DNA of 64,000 nt from a bacterium (GTDB lineage: Bacteria > Krumholzibacteriota > Krumholzibacteriia > LZORAL124-64-63). The notes below the pieces were generated by a model, which saw only the letters and a program-made list of their open reading frames with translations, was not told the DNA's origin and did no database searches. Positions 9,300 to 19,112 of this stretch are shown one piece after another. The stretch spans positions 18,562-82,561 of the forward strand of contig JANOEP010000013.1 of NCBI GenBank assembly GCA_031441465.1, written 5' to 3'. The position numbers and the translations under genes are program-made. The stretch's first letter is position 1. Each line of letters begins with the position of its first letter.

Positions 9300-10700
9300 T
9301 CACTTTCCTTCGATCACCTTCACCCCGCTGTCGCGGCCCAGCAGGCGGCTCAGTTCCTCGTCCTTCAGCCGCACCGCCAGGCGCACGCCGTGCTCGCCGT
9401 GCTCCTCCTCCAGCACCGAACCGGTGCGGTGGAAGACCGCCACCAGGTCCATCCGCGTGTACGGCACCTCCAGGCGCACGACCCGCTCGCCCGCCAGCAG
9501 GCGGGCCTCGACGGCCTCGCGCACGGCGGCGCAGCCGGCGGGGTCCAGCGCGGAGACGAACAGGGCGCCCTCGTAGCGCCGCCCGTACTGGTTGCGCAGG
9601 GTCTCGGCGAGTTCGGCGGGCACGCGGTCCATCTTGTTGAAAACCATCATGGTCGGCAGCCCGTCGGGCGCGAGTTCCCCGAGCACCTCGTCCACCGCGG
9701 CGATCGGGTGCTCGGGGTCGGGGTGCGAGGCGTCGACCACATGCAGCAGCAGATCGCTCTCGGCCACCTCCTGCAACGTGGCCCGGAACGACTCGACCAG
9801 GTGGTGGGGCAGCCGCCGGATGAAGCCGACGGTGTCCGACAGCAGGAACTGGCGCCGCTCGTCGATCTCCACGCGGCGGGTCGTGGCGTCCAGGGTGGCG
9901 AACAGCTTGTCCTCCACCAGGACGTCGGCCCCGGTGATCCCGCGCATCAGGGTGGACTTGCCGGCGTTGGTGTAGCCGACCAGCGAGACCGCGAACTGCT
10001 CGCGGCGGCGGCGCGTCTGCACCTCGCGCGCCTCGTCGATCGCGATCAGTTCCTTCTTGAGATGGGCCATCCGCATCTGGATCAGGCGGCGGTCGGTCTC
10101 GAGCTGCGTCTCGCCGGGCCCGCGCGTCCCGATGCCACCGGCCTGCCGTTCGAGGTGCGACCACAACTTGACCAGGCGCGGCAGCTGGTACTGCAGCTGC
10201 GCCATCTCGACCTGCAGCCGCGCCTGCCGGGTGCGCGCGTGCATCGCGAAGATGTCCAGGATCAGCTCGGTGCGGTCGATGACCGAGATGTCGATCTTCT
10301 TGTCGGCGACGTTGCGGGCCCGGGTCTTCCTGACCGGCATCCCATCGGGGCCGAGCTCGGGCTCCTCCCACTTCTTCTTCTTGTCCTCTTTGTCCTGCTT
10401 GCCGCTCAGTTCCTTGGTGAGGTTGCGCCCCTGGCCCGGCGACAGCTCGTTGTCGAAGACCACCAGGTTGGCGCCGGTCGCCACGACCACGGCGCGCAGC
10501 TCCTCGAGCTTGCCCTTGCCGATGAAGGTGCGCGCCTCCGGCTTCTCCCGCTTCTGGTGGACGGAACCGACGATCAGCCCGCCGGCCGTGTCGACCAGCA
10601 GACCCAGCTCGTGCAGGTCGGCGGGGCCGCCGATGGCTTTCCGGTAGTGATCGGGCAGGTCGACCCCCACCAGCACGACGCGCTGGCGGGTGTCGGGCAC
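9300..10700 (-). CDS. hflX: GTPase HflX
   Basis: GPGETQLETDRR, GYTNAGKS, DTVGF, NKMD. Confidence 0.95.
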   Translation of the reverse strand: MPDTRQRVVLVGVDLPDHYRKAIGGPADLHELGLLVDTAGGLIVGSVHQKREKPEARTFIGKGKLEELRAVVVATGANLVVFDNELSPGQGRNLTKELSGKQDKEDKKKKWEEPELGPDGMPVRKTRARNVADKKIDISVIDRTELILDIFAMHARTRQARLQVEMAQLQYQLPRLVKLWSHLERQAGGIGTRGPGETQLETDRRLIQMRMAHLKKELIAIDEAREVQTRRRREQFAVSLVGYTNAGKSTLMRGITGADVLVEDKLFATLDATTRRVEIDERRQFLLSDTVGFIRRLPHHLVESFRATLQEVAESDLLLHVVDASHPDPEHPIAAVDEVLGELAPDGLPTMMVFNKMDRVPAELAETLRNQYGRRYEGALFVSALDPAGCAAVREAVEARLLAGERVVRLEVPYTRMDLVAVFHRTGSVLEEEHGEHGVRLAVRLKDEELSRLLGRDSGVKVIEGK

Positions 10701-10834
10701 GGATCCGTCGGGAGTGGGGGCGTGGTTCTCGTTCAGGGGGGGCCTCCGGGTCGGATAACTCGACGTGGTGCGCTATCCCCACAATCGTTGCCTGGCGGCA
10801 ATTCGTCCAGGGGGCATCTGCGGCGAGCCGCCGC

Positions 10835-11539
10835 TCAGCGCCGGATCCCGGCCACGATCTCCCGCAGCCACCCATGCAGCGGGCTCATGGCCTTGTAGTG
10901 CGCCCGGCAAAAGTCGAGCAACTCGCGCGAGTGCAGCTCGGGCGGGACCGGACCGTCGTGGCGCAGCCAGATGCTGTCGTGCTTGAGCAGTTCGACCCGC
11001 GGATGATCCGCGGCGAATCCGGCCGGCACCCGCTTGTAGTGTTGCCCGCCCAGCTCGTACCCCTTGCGCTCGATCCTCGCGGTCAGCTTGGCCAGCGCGG
11101 CGCCGCGCAACGGATCGGCGACCGCCGCCCGCCATGCCGCCAGCTCCTCCTTGTCGAAGACGTACTTACCGACGTAGAGCTGCAGCCGCGGCGGTTCGAG
11201 GTGGAAGTAGAAGCCGGGCCCCCACTTGCGCTCCCCTTCCCAGAAGAAGACACCCAGGTGCGTCTTGTAGGGGGACTTGTCCTTGCTGAAGCGGATGTCG
11301 CGGTGGATCCGGAAGATCGACCCCGACCCGTCGGTGCGGGGGTCGTAGTGGATTTCCGGCGCCAAGCGCCGCAGCCGCACGCCCATCTCCACGACAAAGG
11401 CGCGCGCCGGGTCGAGCACGGTCTCCTGGTAGAGGGGCTTGTGCGCCAGGAACCAGTCGCGGTCGTTGTGGCGCGCCAGGTCCTCAAAGAAGCGGACGGC
11501 AGCCGGCGGGAAACCCGAGAAGTGGTACTGCTCGATCAT
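10835..11539 (-). CDS. DUF2461 family protein
   Basis: HNDRDWF and FRIHRDIRFSKDKSPYKT motifs. Confidence 0.85.
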   Translation of the reverse strand: MIEQYHFSGFPPAAVRFFEDLARHNDRDWFLAHKPLYQETVLDPARAFVVEMGVRLRRLAPEIHYDPRTDGSGSIFRIHRDIRFSKDKSPYKTHLGVFFWEGERKWGPGFYFHLEPPRLQLYVGKYVFDKEELAAWRAAVADPLRGAALAKLTARIERKGYELGGQHYKRVPAGFAADHPRVELLKHDSIWLRHDGPVPPELHSRELLDFCRAHYKAMSPLHGWLREIVAGIRR

Positions 11540-11664
11540 CAGGAAGACCTCCCAGGAGTGCCCTGCCGCTCATGAATTTGCACTCTGATGCCGTCCATCT
11601 CTGATGTCAGGGATCACCATGCCCAAACCTCAAACGACCCCACGCGCCGCCAGACCGTTGGCCG

Positions 11665-11703
11665 TGTGGTCAAATTCAAAATTGGAATTTGAATTTGACC
11701 ACA
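11665..11703. repeat. AT-rich perfect inverted repeat (16-bp arms, 7-nt spacer)
   Basis: TGTGGTCAAATTCAAA-attggaa-TTTGAATTTGACCACA. Confidence 0.9.
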
Positions 11704-11742
11704 GTGCGACACGATCGGGGATGGCGACCATCATCGCGTGAT

Positions 11743-12324
11743 TCAACGGGAAGACAGCATCAGACGAACCCGTTGTTTGCCCCCGTCGGGATTGCCGACC
11801 ACCTCGAACCCCGCCTTGCAGAACAGCGACTGCGTGCCGGTCCAGGCGAAGGTAGGCACGTAGTTGCCGGCGGCGTCGGGTTTCGACGGGTATCCCTCGA
11901 CGATCGCCACCTTGCGGCGCTTCATCGCCTTCAGCGCGTGGGCGAGCAGCGCCGTGGCCACGCCCCGCCCCCGGCAATCGCGCACGATGAAGAAGCAGGT
12001 GATCGACCATACACGCTCGGCATCGTCGCACTTCAGGGTACGGGCCCGGGCCAGCTTGGGGAACGACAACCGCGGTCCGAAGGTACACCAGCCGACCGGC
12101 CGTTCGCCATCGAAGGCCAGCACGGCGTGGACGCTGCCGTCGGCGATGCCGGCGTGCAGCCGCGCCTTCGCCGGCTCGCCCTTGATCTCGTCCCACTTCT
12201 CGCCGGGACCGATGCGCCAGGCCTGGCACCAGCAGCCGCCGCAGGCCCCCTTGGACCCGAAGAGTTCTTCGACCCGGGGCCAGAGAGCGGGGGTCAGTTC
12301 GCGGGTTGTGACGGTCTCCGACAT
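11743..12324 (-). CDS. GNAT family N-acetyltransferase
   Basis: GCWC, CFFI..RGRGVATALL, VEGYP, WTG..F.KAGF. Confidence 0.85.
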   Translation of the reverse strand: MSETVTTRELTPALWPRVEELFGSKGACGGCWCQAWRIGPGEKWDEIKGEPAKARLHAGIADGSVHAVLAFDGERPVGWCTFGPRLSFPKLARARTLKCDDAERVWSITCFFIVRDCRGRGVATALLAHALKAMKRRKVAIVEGYPSKPDAAGNYVPTFAWTGTQSLFCKAGFEVVGNPDGGKQRVRLMLSSR

Positions 12325-12364
12325 GATTCGCTCCCATGATGGACAATCCACCGGAATTCACGAT

Positions 12365-12412
12365 TCACCATATAAGCCCATATATAAATCCATATATAAA
12401 CATATATGGTGA
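12365..12412. repeat. AT-rich CATATA array, related to 18212..18243
   Basis: CCATATATAAA at 12378 and 12390, bounded by 10-bp inverted repeat TCACCATATA/TATATGGTGA. Confidence 0.75.
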
Positions 12413-14467
12413 TTATTGCGGTCCATCGGCGGCGCCTGAATCTCGATCCGGTGTCACCGGGTCTCGGTCCGGACCCGCTTGGAGCAGCGCCCGCACCGCC
12501 TCCATCTGCTCCGGCTGCCCCCATACCCAGAGCACGTCCCCCGACCGCAAGACGAAGTCCGGCGGCGGGTTGCCCGTCAGCTCGCCGCCGCGCGCGACGG
12601 CCACCACGGAGGCGCCCGAGCGTCCACGCAGATCGAGGTCGCGCAGGGAGCGGCCGTGCGCCGACCCGCCCTCCACCAGCACCACTTCGTCCAGATCGGC
12701 GACGGTCAACAGCGCTCCCAGGGGCGCGGCGGCCGGCGTTGCATGCCCGCCCGCCGCCAGCGACGCGTACCGTTCCTGCCGGATACGCGCCTTGTCCCGT
12801 TCGATCGCGCGGCCGGGCACCCCGTAAGCCGCCATGGCCGCACCCGCCAGTTCGAGCGAAGTCTCGAACTCCTCCGGCACCACCTCGTCGGCGCCGAGCC
12901 GGTAGAGGGCGTCGACCTCGCTCACGTACCGCGTGCGCACGACGATCTTCAGCCGGGGCGCGGCGTTGCGCGCCACCGCCACGATCTGCCGCGTCGCCGA
13001 CGGGTCGGCGATCGCCACCACGATCACCCGCGCGCGGACGATCCCGGCGTGGGCCAGCACTTCCGGGCTGGCGGCGTCCCCGTAGAGCACCGGTTCGCCC
13101 CGCTCGCGCGCTTCGCGCACGGTGTGCGGGTTCAACTCCAGCACCACGTAGGAGATGCCGCGTTCGCGCAGGACCCGCACCACGTTGTGGCCGTTGAGCC
13201 CGTGCCCGACCACGACGACGTGGTCCTGCGGCGCGGCCCGTTCCGCGCCGGCATCGACTCCAGCGTGAGGCGGCCGGACCGCGAACAGCCGCCGCAGCCA
13301 GGGCACGCCCTCCGTGCGCGCCGCCAGGCGCGGCGACAACAGCGCCATGAAGGGCGTCAGCAGCATCGTCAGCACCGACACGGCCAGGAAACGCTGCATG
13401 AGTTCGCCGCCGATCAGGCCGTGCGCCTGGCCGGCGCCGGCCAGGATGAACGAGAACTCCCCGATCTGGGCCAAAGCCAGCCCCGCCAGCACCGCCGTGC
13501 GCGCCCCGAAACCGAAGGCGAGCGCCGTGACGGTCACGATCAACGCCTTGCCGATCATCACCGCCGCACCCAGACCGAGCGTGGCCAGCGGTTCGTGCAG
13601 CCAGATCGCGGGGTCCAGCAGCATGCCGACAGAAACGAAGAACAGGCTGCCGAAGGCGTCGCGCAGGGGCACGATCTCGGCCAGCACTTGTTGGGCGTAC
13701 TCCGAGTCCGCCACCACGATCCCCGCCAGGAACGCACCCAGCGCCAGCGAAAGGCCGGCCAGGCTGCCGAGCCAGGCCGTGCCGAGCACCGTCAGCAGCG
13801 TGGCCAGCACGAACAGTTCGCGGCTGCGGGCGCGGACGACCTGTTCCAGCATCCGCGGAAACAGGAAGCGCGCACAGACGACGATCGCCGCGACCATCGC
13901 GCACGACAGGGCCAGGGTGATGCCGGCCCGTCCCAGCGACACCCCCCCGGTATGCCCAAGAACCGGCAGCAGCAGCATCATGGGCACGACCGCCAGATCC
14001 TGGAAGACCAGCACGCTCAGCCCCAGCCGCCCGTGGGGGGCGTCGGTCTCGCCCCGGTTCTCGAACATCTTGAGCACGATGGCCGTCGAACTCAGCGCCA
14101 GCAGGAAGCCGAAGAACACCGCCTGACCCGGCGGGTAGCCGACGGCGGAGGCCCCGGCCACGCCGGCCAGGACGGTCAACCCGACCTGCATCCCGCCCGC
14201 CCCGAGGATGAGGGTGCGCAGTCGCGCCAGCTCCCGCAGCGACAGCTTGAGACCGATCCCGAACAGCAGCATCGCCACGCCGATCTCCGCCACGACCTCG
14301 ATGCTCTCGTGCTCGCGCACCAGGCCCAGGCTGCCGGGGCCCAGCACCACGCCGGACAGCAGCAGGGCGGCGATCGTCGGCACGCCGGCGCGCCGTAGCG
14401 CGAACACGACGGCCAGCGATACGGCCAGCACGATCACCAGGTCGCGCAGGATCGGCAGTTGGGTCAT
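12413..14467 (-). CDS. CPA2 cation:proton antiporter (Kef-like) with RCK/TrkA-N and TrkA-C domains
   Basis: LSSTAIV, VFQDL, LGAFLAG, FFVSVGM, GEFSF; VVGHGLNG, LYGDA. Confidence 0.9.
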   Translation of the reverse strand: MTQLPILRDLVIVLAVSLAVVFALRRAGVPTIAALLLSGVVLGPGSLGLVREHESIEVVAEIGVAMLLFGIGLKLSLRELARLRTLILGAGGMQVGLTVLAGVAGASAVGYPPGQAVFFGFLLALSSTAIVLKMFENRGETDAPHGRLGLSVLVFQDLAVVPMMLLLPVLGHTGGVSLGRAGITLALSCAMVAAIVVCARFLFPRMLEQVVRARSRELFVLATLLTVLGTAWLGSLAGLSLALGAFLAGIVVADSEYAQQVLAEIVPLRDAFGSLFFVSVGMLLDPAIWLHEPLATLGLGAAVMIGKALIVTVTALAFGFGARTAVLAGLALAQIGEFSFILAGAGQAHGLIGGELMQRFLAVSVLTMLLTPFMALLSPRLAARTEGVPWLRRLFAVRPPHAGVDAGAERAAPQDHVVVVGHGLNGHNVVRVLRERGISYVVLELNPHTVREARERGEPVLYGDAASPEVLAHAGIVRARVIVVAIADPSATRQIVAVARNAAPRLKIVVRTRYVSEVDALYRLGADEVVPEEFETSLELAGAAMAAYGVPGRAIERDKARIRQERYASLAAGGHATPAAAPLGALLTVADLDEVVLVEGGSAHGRSLRDLDLRGRSGASVVAVARGGELTGNPPPDFVLRSGDVLWVWGQPEQMEAVRALLQAGPDRDPVTPDRDSGAADGPQ

Positions 14468-14491
14468 GGGGCTCCTCGCGGACGCCGGACG

Positions 14492-14962
14492 CTAGGGCTG
14501 GGACTCGCCGATCTCCTCGACAATGCGCCAGACGCTGTCCAGTCGGGGGGTGATCCGCAACGTGAGCGGACTGCTGTACTTCTTGAGTTCCGAGTACCGG
14601 GTCGCCGTGATCGCGACCTCGCCCGTCGCCAGGACCTCGTACGTGACGTCGGTGTAGACACTCAGATCGCCGCGCTCCTTCGCCGGAGGCAGCGTGGCGA
14701 CGATCAGGGCCTTGTACCGGGTCCCTTCGAGCTTCATCTCGCGCACCTGGCCGGTCGGGTAGCGCCGGAGGTTGCGGACAGTCGCCGTGTCGGCGTAGAG
14801 ATCCGCCACAGCCGGGTCGAACGCCTTTTCGAGCGCGACGTAGCGCTCGAAGAACGCCTGCGCCGCGGCAAGCCGGGTGTCCGGCGCCACTTCGGTGGCT
14901 GCCGCCGCACACGCCACGGCAAGGAGCGACAGCAAGGTCATCTTCGCGCGGATCGGTTTCAT
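14492..14962 (-). CDS. secreted hypothetical protein, possibly NTF2-like
   Basis: ATG at 14962 after GGAGAGG; signal peptide; WRIVEE near the C-terminus. Confidence 0.65.
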   Translation of the reverse strand: MKPIRAKMTLLSLLAVACAAAATEVAPDTRLAAAQAFFERYVALEKAFDPAVADLYADTATVRNLRRYPTGQVREMKLEGTRYKALIVATLPPAKERGDLSVYTDVTYEVLATGEVAITATRYSELKKYSSPLTLRITPRLDSVWRIVEEIGESQP

Positions 14963-15208
14963 GTCCTCTCCTCCATGGGGGCGGAATCGTGCGGTGACCA
15001 CAACAGGCGCGGTTCCACGCTCCCTTCCATAGCGGATCATCGCCCCGGCGTCAACCGAACCGCGGGCATCGATCCCCCTTGCCCCCACCCCCCGCATGTG
15101 TGAGGATTCCCCGATCGACATGTAGGCCGCCGCGGGTCGCCGCCGGCCGGAATCGCCATCCGAACGCCGTGATACGCCACACCCAGGCGACCCCATGAGG
15201 ACGCGCGC

Positions 15209-16972
15209 ATGATCCGATCCCCAGCACTGGCCGGCCTGTTCGCCCTCGTCCTGCTGGCGGCGAGTTGCGCGCCCGACACCCTGGAACCCACGCCCTTCGG
15301 CCCGACCGACGGCTGGAGCGTCTTTCATCCCCTGCCCGGCGGCTACGACCTCTTCGCGGTGTGGGGGGACACGCCCAACAACGTCTGGGCGGTCGGCTCG
15401 TACGGCTACATCGTGCACTGGAACGGGGAGACTGTGACCCGGGTGGACAGCCCGGTCGACATCCGGCTGACGACCCTCGACGCCTGGGCGCCCGACGACA
15501 TCTACGCCGCCGGCGAGGATTGCCTGCTGCACTTCGACGGCCGCGCCTGGCACCTCGAGGACCGGTTCCCCAGCGAGACGATCCTCGATCTGCTTTGCGC
15601 CGAGAACGGCCGGCTCCACCTCGCAGGCTCGTTCGGCCTGCGCATCCGCGACGGCGACGACTGGCGGACCGTGACGGGGCCGCGCCCTTCCTGCACGACG
15701 GTCTGGACGGGCGACGACGGCGCCGTCCGCGTCGGCGACAGCTCCCGGATCTGGCTCGTGTCCGGGTGGAGCGCGGAGCCGGAGCAGGACCTGCAGTTCG
15801 GCGGCGTCCAGCACGGCGACGGCCGCTACGTCTGGACCGAGGGCCTCAACAACGTCGTCGCGGTCTACCGGCGCGACCCGCAATCCGGTTGGGCGGGACA
15901 ATCGGGATCCTGGTCGTCCCTGCGGACGTTGCTCGACCTGGACGGGATCGTCTGGTCGAACAACGCCGGCATCTGCCGGCGCGACACCGTGAGCACGTAT
16001 GTCTGGCGCAACGACACCGGCCGCTGGATCTACGGGCTGGGCCGCTGCGGGACCGACGGCCTGCTCGCCTGCGGCTACGGCGGCACCCTGATGGCCGGCA
16101 CCCGCGGCGCCGACGGCTTCGCGTGGAACGAATCGGCCCTGGACCTCGGGTACCGCCACCTCAACGCCATCGACGGCACGAGCTGCGACAACATCTGGGC
16201 GGGCGAATGGTGGGGGCGCATCCTGCACTACGACGGCGACGCCTGGACGTGCGAAGACTCCGGCCTGCCCGAGGACCGCAGCGTCGCCGGCATCCAGGCG
16301 CTTGCCGGCGGCTGGGTCCTGGCCAGGGGCGGCAACGACATCGCCCTGCGGGATCCGACCGGCGACTGGCTCGTGATCCCCTCGCCCGGCCTCGGCTTGA
16401 ACCACGTCTTCGCCGCGACCCCCGACAGCATCTTCGCCTCCACGGCCGCCGGCCTGCGGATCTGGAACGGCGCCGCCTGGCGCGACGCCGGCCTGCCGGC
16501 CGGGGCCGACCACGGCCTGGCCGCCACGGCTTCCGGGGTGCTGCACGCGCTGGTGGTGGACGGGGTGATCAGCCTGCGGCGCTGGAACGGCGTGGCGTTC
16601 GACACGCTAGCCAGCTTCCCGGGTCTGGCCGATGCCAAGCTGTGCGCCTCGCGCAGCGGCGAGACGCTCTGGATCGGCGGCTACACCACCGGCAACCCGG
16701 CCCGCACGACGGTGTACCGTTACGAGAACGACCAGTTGAGCCACGTCACCGACGACGTGGTGCTGCCGTCGTGGCTGCTCGCGATGACCGAGTTGCGCGC
16801 CGACGACCTGTTCCTGCTGGCCGCCGAGCAGATCTGGCGGTACCACGGCGGCGTCTGGTCCCGCGAAGCGGGCCTGCCCGTCGAGGAGTACACGACGATC
16901 TGGAGCCATCCCGACTGCGGCGTTTTCGTGGAAGGGCACCCGACGTTCTTCAAGGAATTTCCCGAGGAGTAA
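15209..16972 (+). CDS. lipoprotein with beta-propeller-like repeats
   Basis: Lipobox LLAASC; repeated (AV)WG..(D/N)(V/I)WA.G..G.I.H(W/Y)(N/D)G units. Confidence 0.75.
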   Translation: MIRSPALAGLFALVLLAASCAPDTLEPTPFGPTDGWSVFHPLPGGYDLFAVWGDTPNNVWAVGSYGYIVHWNGETVTRVDSPVDIRLTTLDAWAPDDIYAAGEDCLLHFDGRAWHLEDRFPSETILDLLCAENGRLHLAGSFGLRIRDGDDWRTVTGPRPSCTTVWTGDDGAVRVGDSSRIWLVSGWSAEPEQDLQFGGVQHGDGRYVWTEGLNNVVAVYRRDPQSGWAGQSGSWSSLRTLLDLDGIVWSNNAGICRRDTVSTYVWRNDTGRWIYGLGRCGTDGLLACGYGGTLMAGTRGADGFAWNESALDLGYRHLNAIDGTSCDNIWAGEWWGRILHYDGDAWTCEDSGLPEDRSVAGIQALAGGWVLARGGNDIALRDPTGDWLVIPSPGLGLNHVFAATPDSIFASTAAGLRIWNGAAWRDAGLPAGADHGLAATASGVLHALVVDGVISLRRWNGVAFDTLASFPGLADAKLCASRSGETLWIGGYTTGNPARTTVYRYENDQLSHVTDDVVLPSWLLAMTELRADDLFLLAAEQIWRYHGGVWSREAGLPVEEYTTIWSHPDCGVFVEGHPTFFKEFPEE

Positions 16973-16979
16973 CCACGCC

Positions 16980-18182
16980 ATGCACCGCCGATCCCACCTG
17001 CTTGCCGTCGTGTCGTTGTGGTCCCTTTTCGCGGCGGCGACGCCGGGCCGCGCCGGCACTGCCCGCCTGCTCGCGCTGGGCGGCGACGCCGGCTACTGCA
17101 CCGACGCCGTCGACGTGCTGCGCTGGTACGGCAGCCTCGGCGACTACCCCGACCGGGCCGTCTTCGAGTTCGGCGACCTCCTGCACGGCCGCGATCGCGC
17201 TCCGGCGGACCAGGGCCTGATCGGCCACGGGGGCGGCGTGCACGCGCGCCTGTCCCGGAACGGGAGCTGGGGCACCGCGGCGTTCTACTTCCAGGACCAC
17301 CTGCCCCAGAACGACACCGACGGCGCGTTCTCGGCGCTGTGGTCCCGGCGCTGCGGTCCGCTGGACGTCGGGGTCAGCGGACGGTTCACCACCTACGGCA
17401 ACTCCGAAGTCGGCGCGGTCGTCGGAGACCGCATCGATGCTCAGTACTTCCACCACTACGGGCTCGGCGTGCGCGGCGAGCCCCTGGCCGGCCTACGCCT
17501 CGAGGCCGCGGGCGAGATCGTCAACAGCCGCGCCGAGAGCCACGGCGCCCTCTACCACATGTCCCCCACGAACGACTGGTCCACATTCGGCCTGCGGTTG
17601 CGCGGGTTCATCGAACTGGGACCCGACCTGACCCTGGTGCCGCTCATCGATCATTTCAGCGACCGGCGCGCCACCTTCGACGCCGACATCGACAGCCCCG
17701 CCGACCTCGACGCCGACCTCACCAGCCTGGGAATCGCCGCCAACCTGCGCCCCGATCCGGACACCCTGCTGCTCATCGGCTGCGAGTTCCGCTCGGGTCA
17801 CCAGAACCTCGACCTGCGGGAAGAGGGCTCCCTGGGAGCCGCCTGGGATCTCAGCGAGCGCGACTTCTATCAGATCCGGGGGCGCGCCGGTTTCGAGACG
17901 GCGATCCTGCCCTGGCTCACGGCGCGCGCCTCCATGCAATACGTCCGCATGCACGACGATCTGCTGCGCGCCACCGCCGGCGCACACCCCGAAGAGGAGC
18001 GCGGCCGCCTCGAGGCGGTCGCCACGCCGCTGACCCTGGGCTTCGCCCTACGTCACGGCCGGCTGACGGCGGACTTCGCCCACAACGACAGCGCGCCGGT
18101 GAACCCGGGCCTGACCTCCGCGGGCCTGTTCGGCGCGGGCGGCGAGGGTGTTTCGGCCTTCACGATGACTTATGAGTTCTGA
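16980..18182 (+). CDS. probable outer-membrane beta-barrel protein
   Basis: Signal peptide, ARLLALGG near mature N-terminus, amphipathic strands, C-terminal TYEF. Confidence 0.6.
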   Translation: MHRRSHLLAVVSLWSLFAAATPGRAGTARLLALGGDAGYCTDAVDVLRWYGSLGDYPDRAVFEFGDLLHGRDRAPADQGLIGHGGGVHARLSRNGSWGTAAFYFQDHLPQNDTDGAFSALWSRRCGPLDVGVSGRFTTYGNSEVGAVVGDRIDAQYFHHYGLGVRGEPLAGLRLEAAGEIVNSRAESHGALYHMSPTNDWSTFGLRLRGFIELGPDLTLVPLIDHFSDRRATFDADIDSPADLDADLTSLGIAANLRPDPDTLLLIGCEFRSGHQNLDLREEGSLGAAWDLSERDFYQIRGRAGFETAILPWLTARASMQYVRMHDDLLRATAGAHPEEERGRLEAVATPLTLGFALRHGRLTADFAHNDSAPVNPGLTSAGLFGAGGEGVSAFTMTYEF

Positions 18183-18211
18183 GGAATCGGCGAAATAGTA
18201 CCAACCATACG

Positions 18212-18243
18212 CCATATATGGATATATATAGATTTATTTAAAG
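18212..18243 (+). repeat. second copy of the AT-rich CCATATATG motif
   Basis: 26/32 identical to the reverse complement of 12378..12409 (manual alignment). Confidence 0.6.
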
Positions 18244-18650
18244 ATAATTGGCACCAGTGCCCCCATGGCTACCCGCCGCCTGGGAGAGTGTGGCGCTCCA
18301 GGCCATCGACCATGCCGGCCGCCGTCGCACACGGTGCCGCGTCCCGTCGCCGGGCACCCATCGCAGCGGCGCCGCGACGGGGGGCTCGACCCGGACGACG
18401 GCCCGCCGCAGCGTTGTCGTGGGACGCGGCACCTCCGTCGTCACGGTCGCGTGGGCGGCCGCACAACACCGCCGAGCCGCGAGCCGCTCGTCCCACGCCG
18501 ACTCGACGCGCGCGGGACGCCGGCACGCAGTTTCATTTTTCCCTTTCGAACCACGATATTTTGTGTATCGTCGCGTTGGATTGCGCTAGATTCCCCTAGG
18601 GAATGGACCCGCAGCGGATTTCAGGTTTCTATCCAAGGAGGAGAACCCGC

Positions 18651-19013
18651 ATGGCTAAGAAGACGACGAAGAAGGTCGCGGCGAAGAAGGCACCGGCCAA
18701 GGCCGCCCCCTCTAACAAGCCGCCGACCAAGGGCGAGACCTACCGCGAGATCTGCGCGAAGACCGGCCTCGCGCGCAAGGACGTGGTGGGTGTGTGCGAC
18801 GCGCTGACCGACATCATGGTCAAGTCCGTCAAGAAGCACGGCTCCTACAACTACCTGGGCCTGATGAAGCTGTCCCTGGTGAAGAAGCCCGCCGTGGCCG
18901 GCGGCAAGCTCGTGAAGAATCCCTTCACCGGCGAAATGGTGAAGCAGAAGCCGCGTCCGGCCTCCCGCTCGGTGCGCGTCCGCCCCATGAAGTCCATCAA
19001 GGACATGCTGTAG
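18651..19013 (+). CDS. HU-like DNA-binding protein with Lys/Ala-rich N-terminus
   Basis: AAGGAGG RBS; NPFTGE arm; V.VRPMKSIKD. Confidence 0.85.
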   Translation: MAKKTTKKVAAKKAPAKAAPSNKPPTKGETYREICAKTGLARKDVVGVCDALTDIMVKSVKKHGSYNYLGLMKLSLVKKPAVAGGKLVKNPFTGEMVKQKPRPASRSVRVRPMKSIKDML

Positions 19014-19036
19014 GCCCTACGCGGTCCGTCCCGTAG

Positions 19037-19082
19037 AAAAGCGTACGACCCCCGCGCGGATGCGACGGGGGTCGTGCTTTTT
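19037..19082. terminator. bidirectional intrinsic terminator
   Basis: AAAA..ACGACCCCCG / CGGGGGTCGT..TTTTT between convergent genes. Confidence 0.8.
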
Positions 19083-19112
19083 CCCGGTCCGTTGCGAATC
19101 GCGTCGGCAGGA

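Noticed and set aside
4664..9640. 1658-aa plus-strand ORF, and similar long ORFs at 2175..4622, 30545..35089, 36357..39449, 47603..49825 and 58021..60726
   Set aside because: Antisense or off-frame shadows of well-supported genes, expected in high-GC DNA; no recognisable motifs.
12365..12412. CRISPR array or replication origin
   Set aside because: Units are 10-12 bp with no spacers; no cas, dnaA or rep gene nearby.
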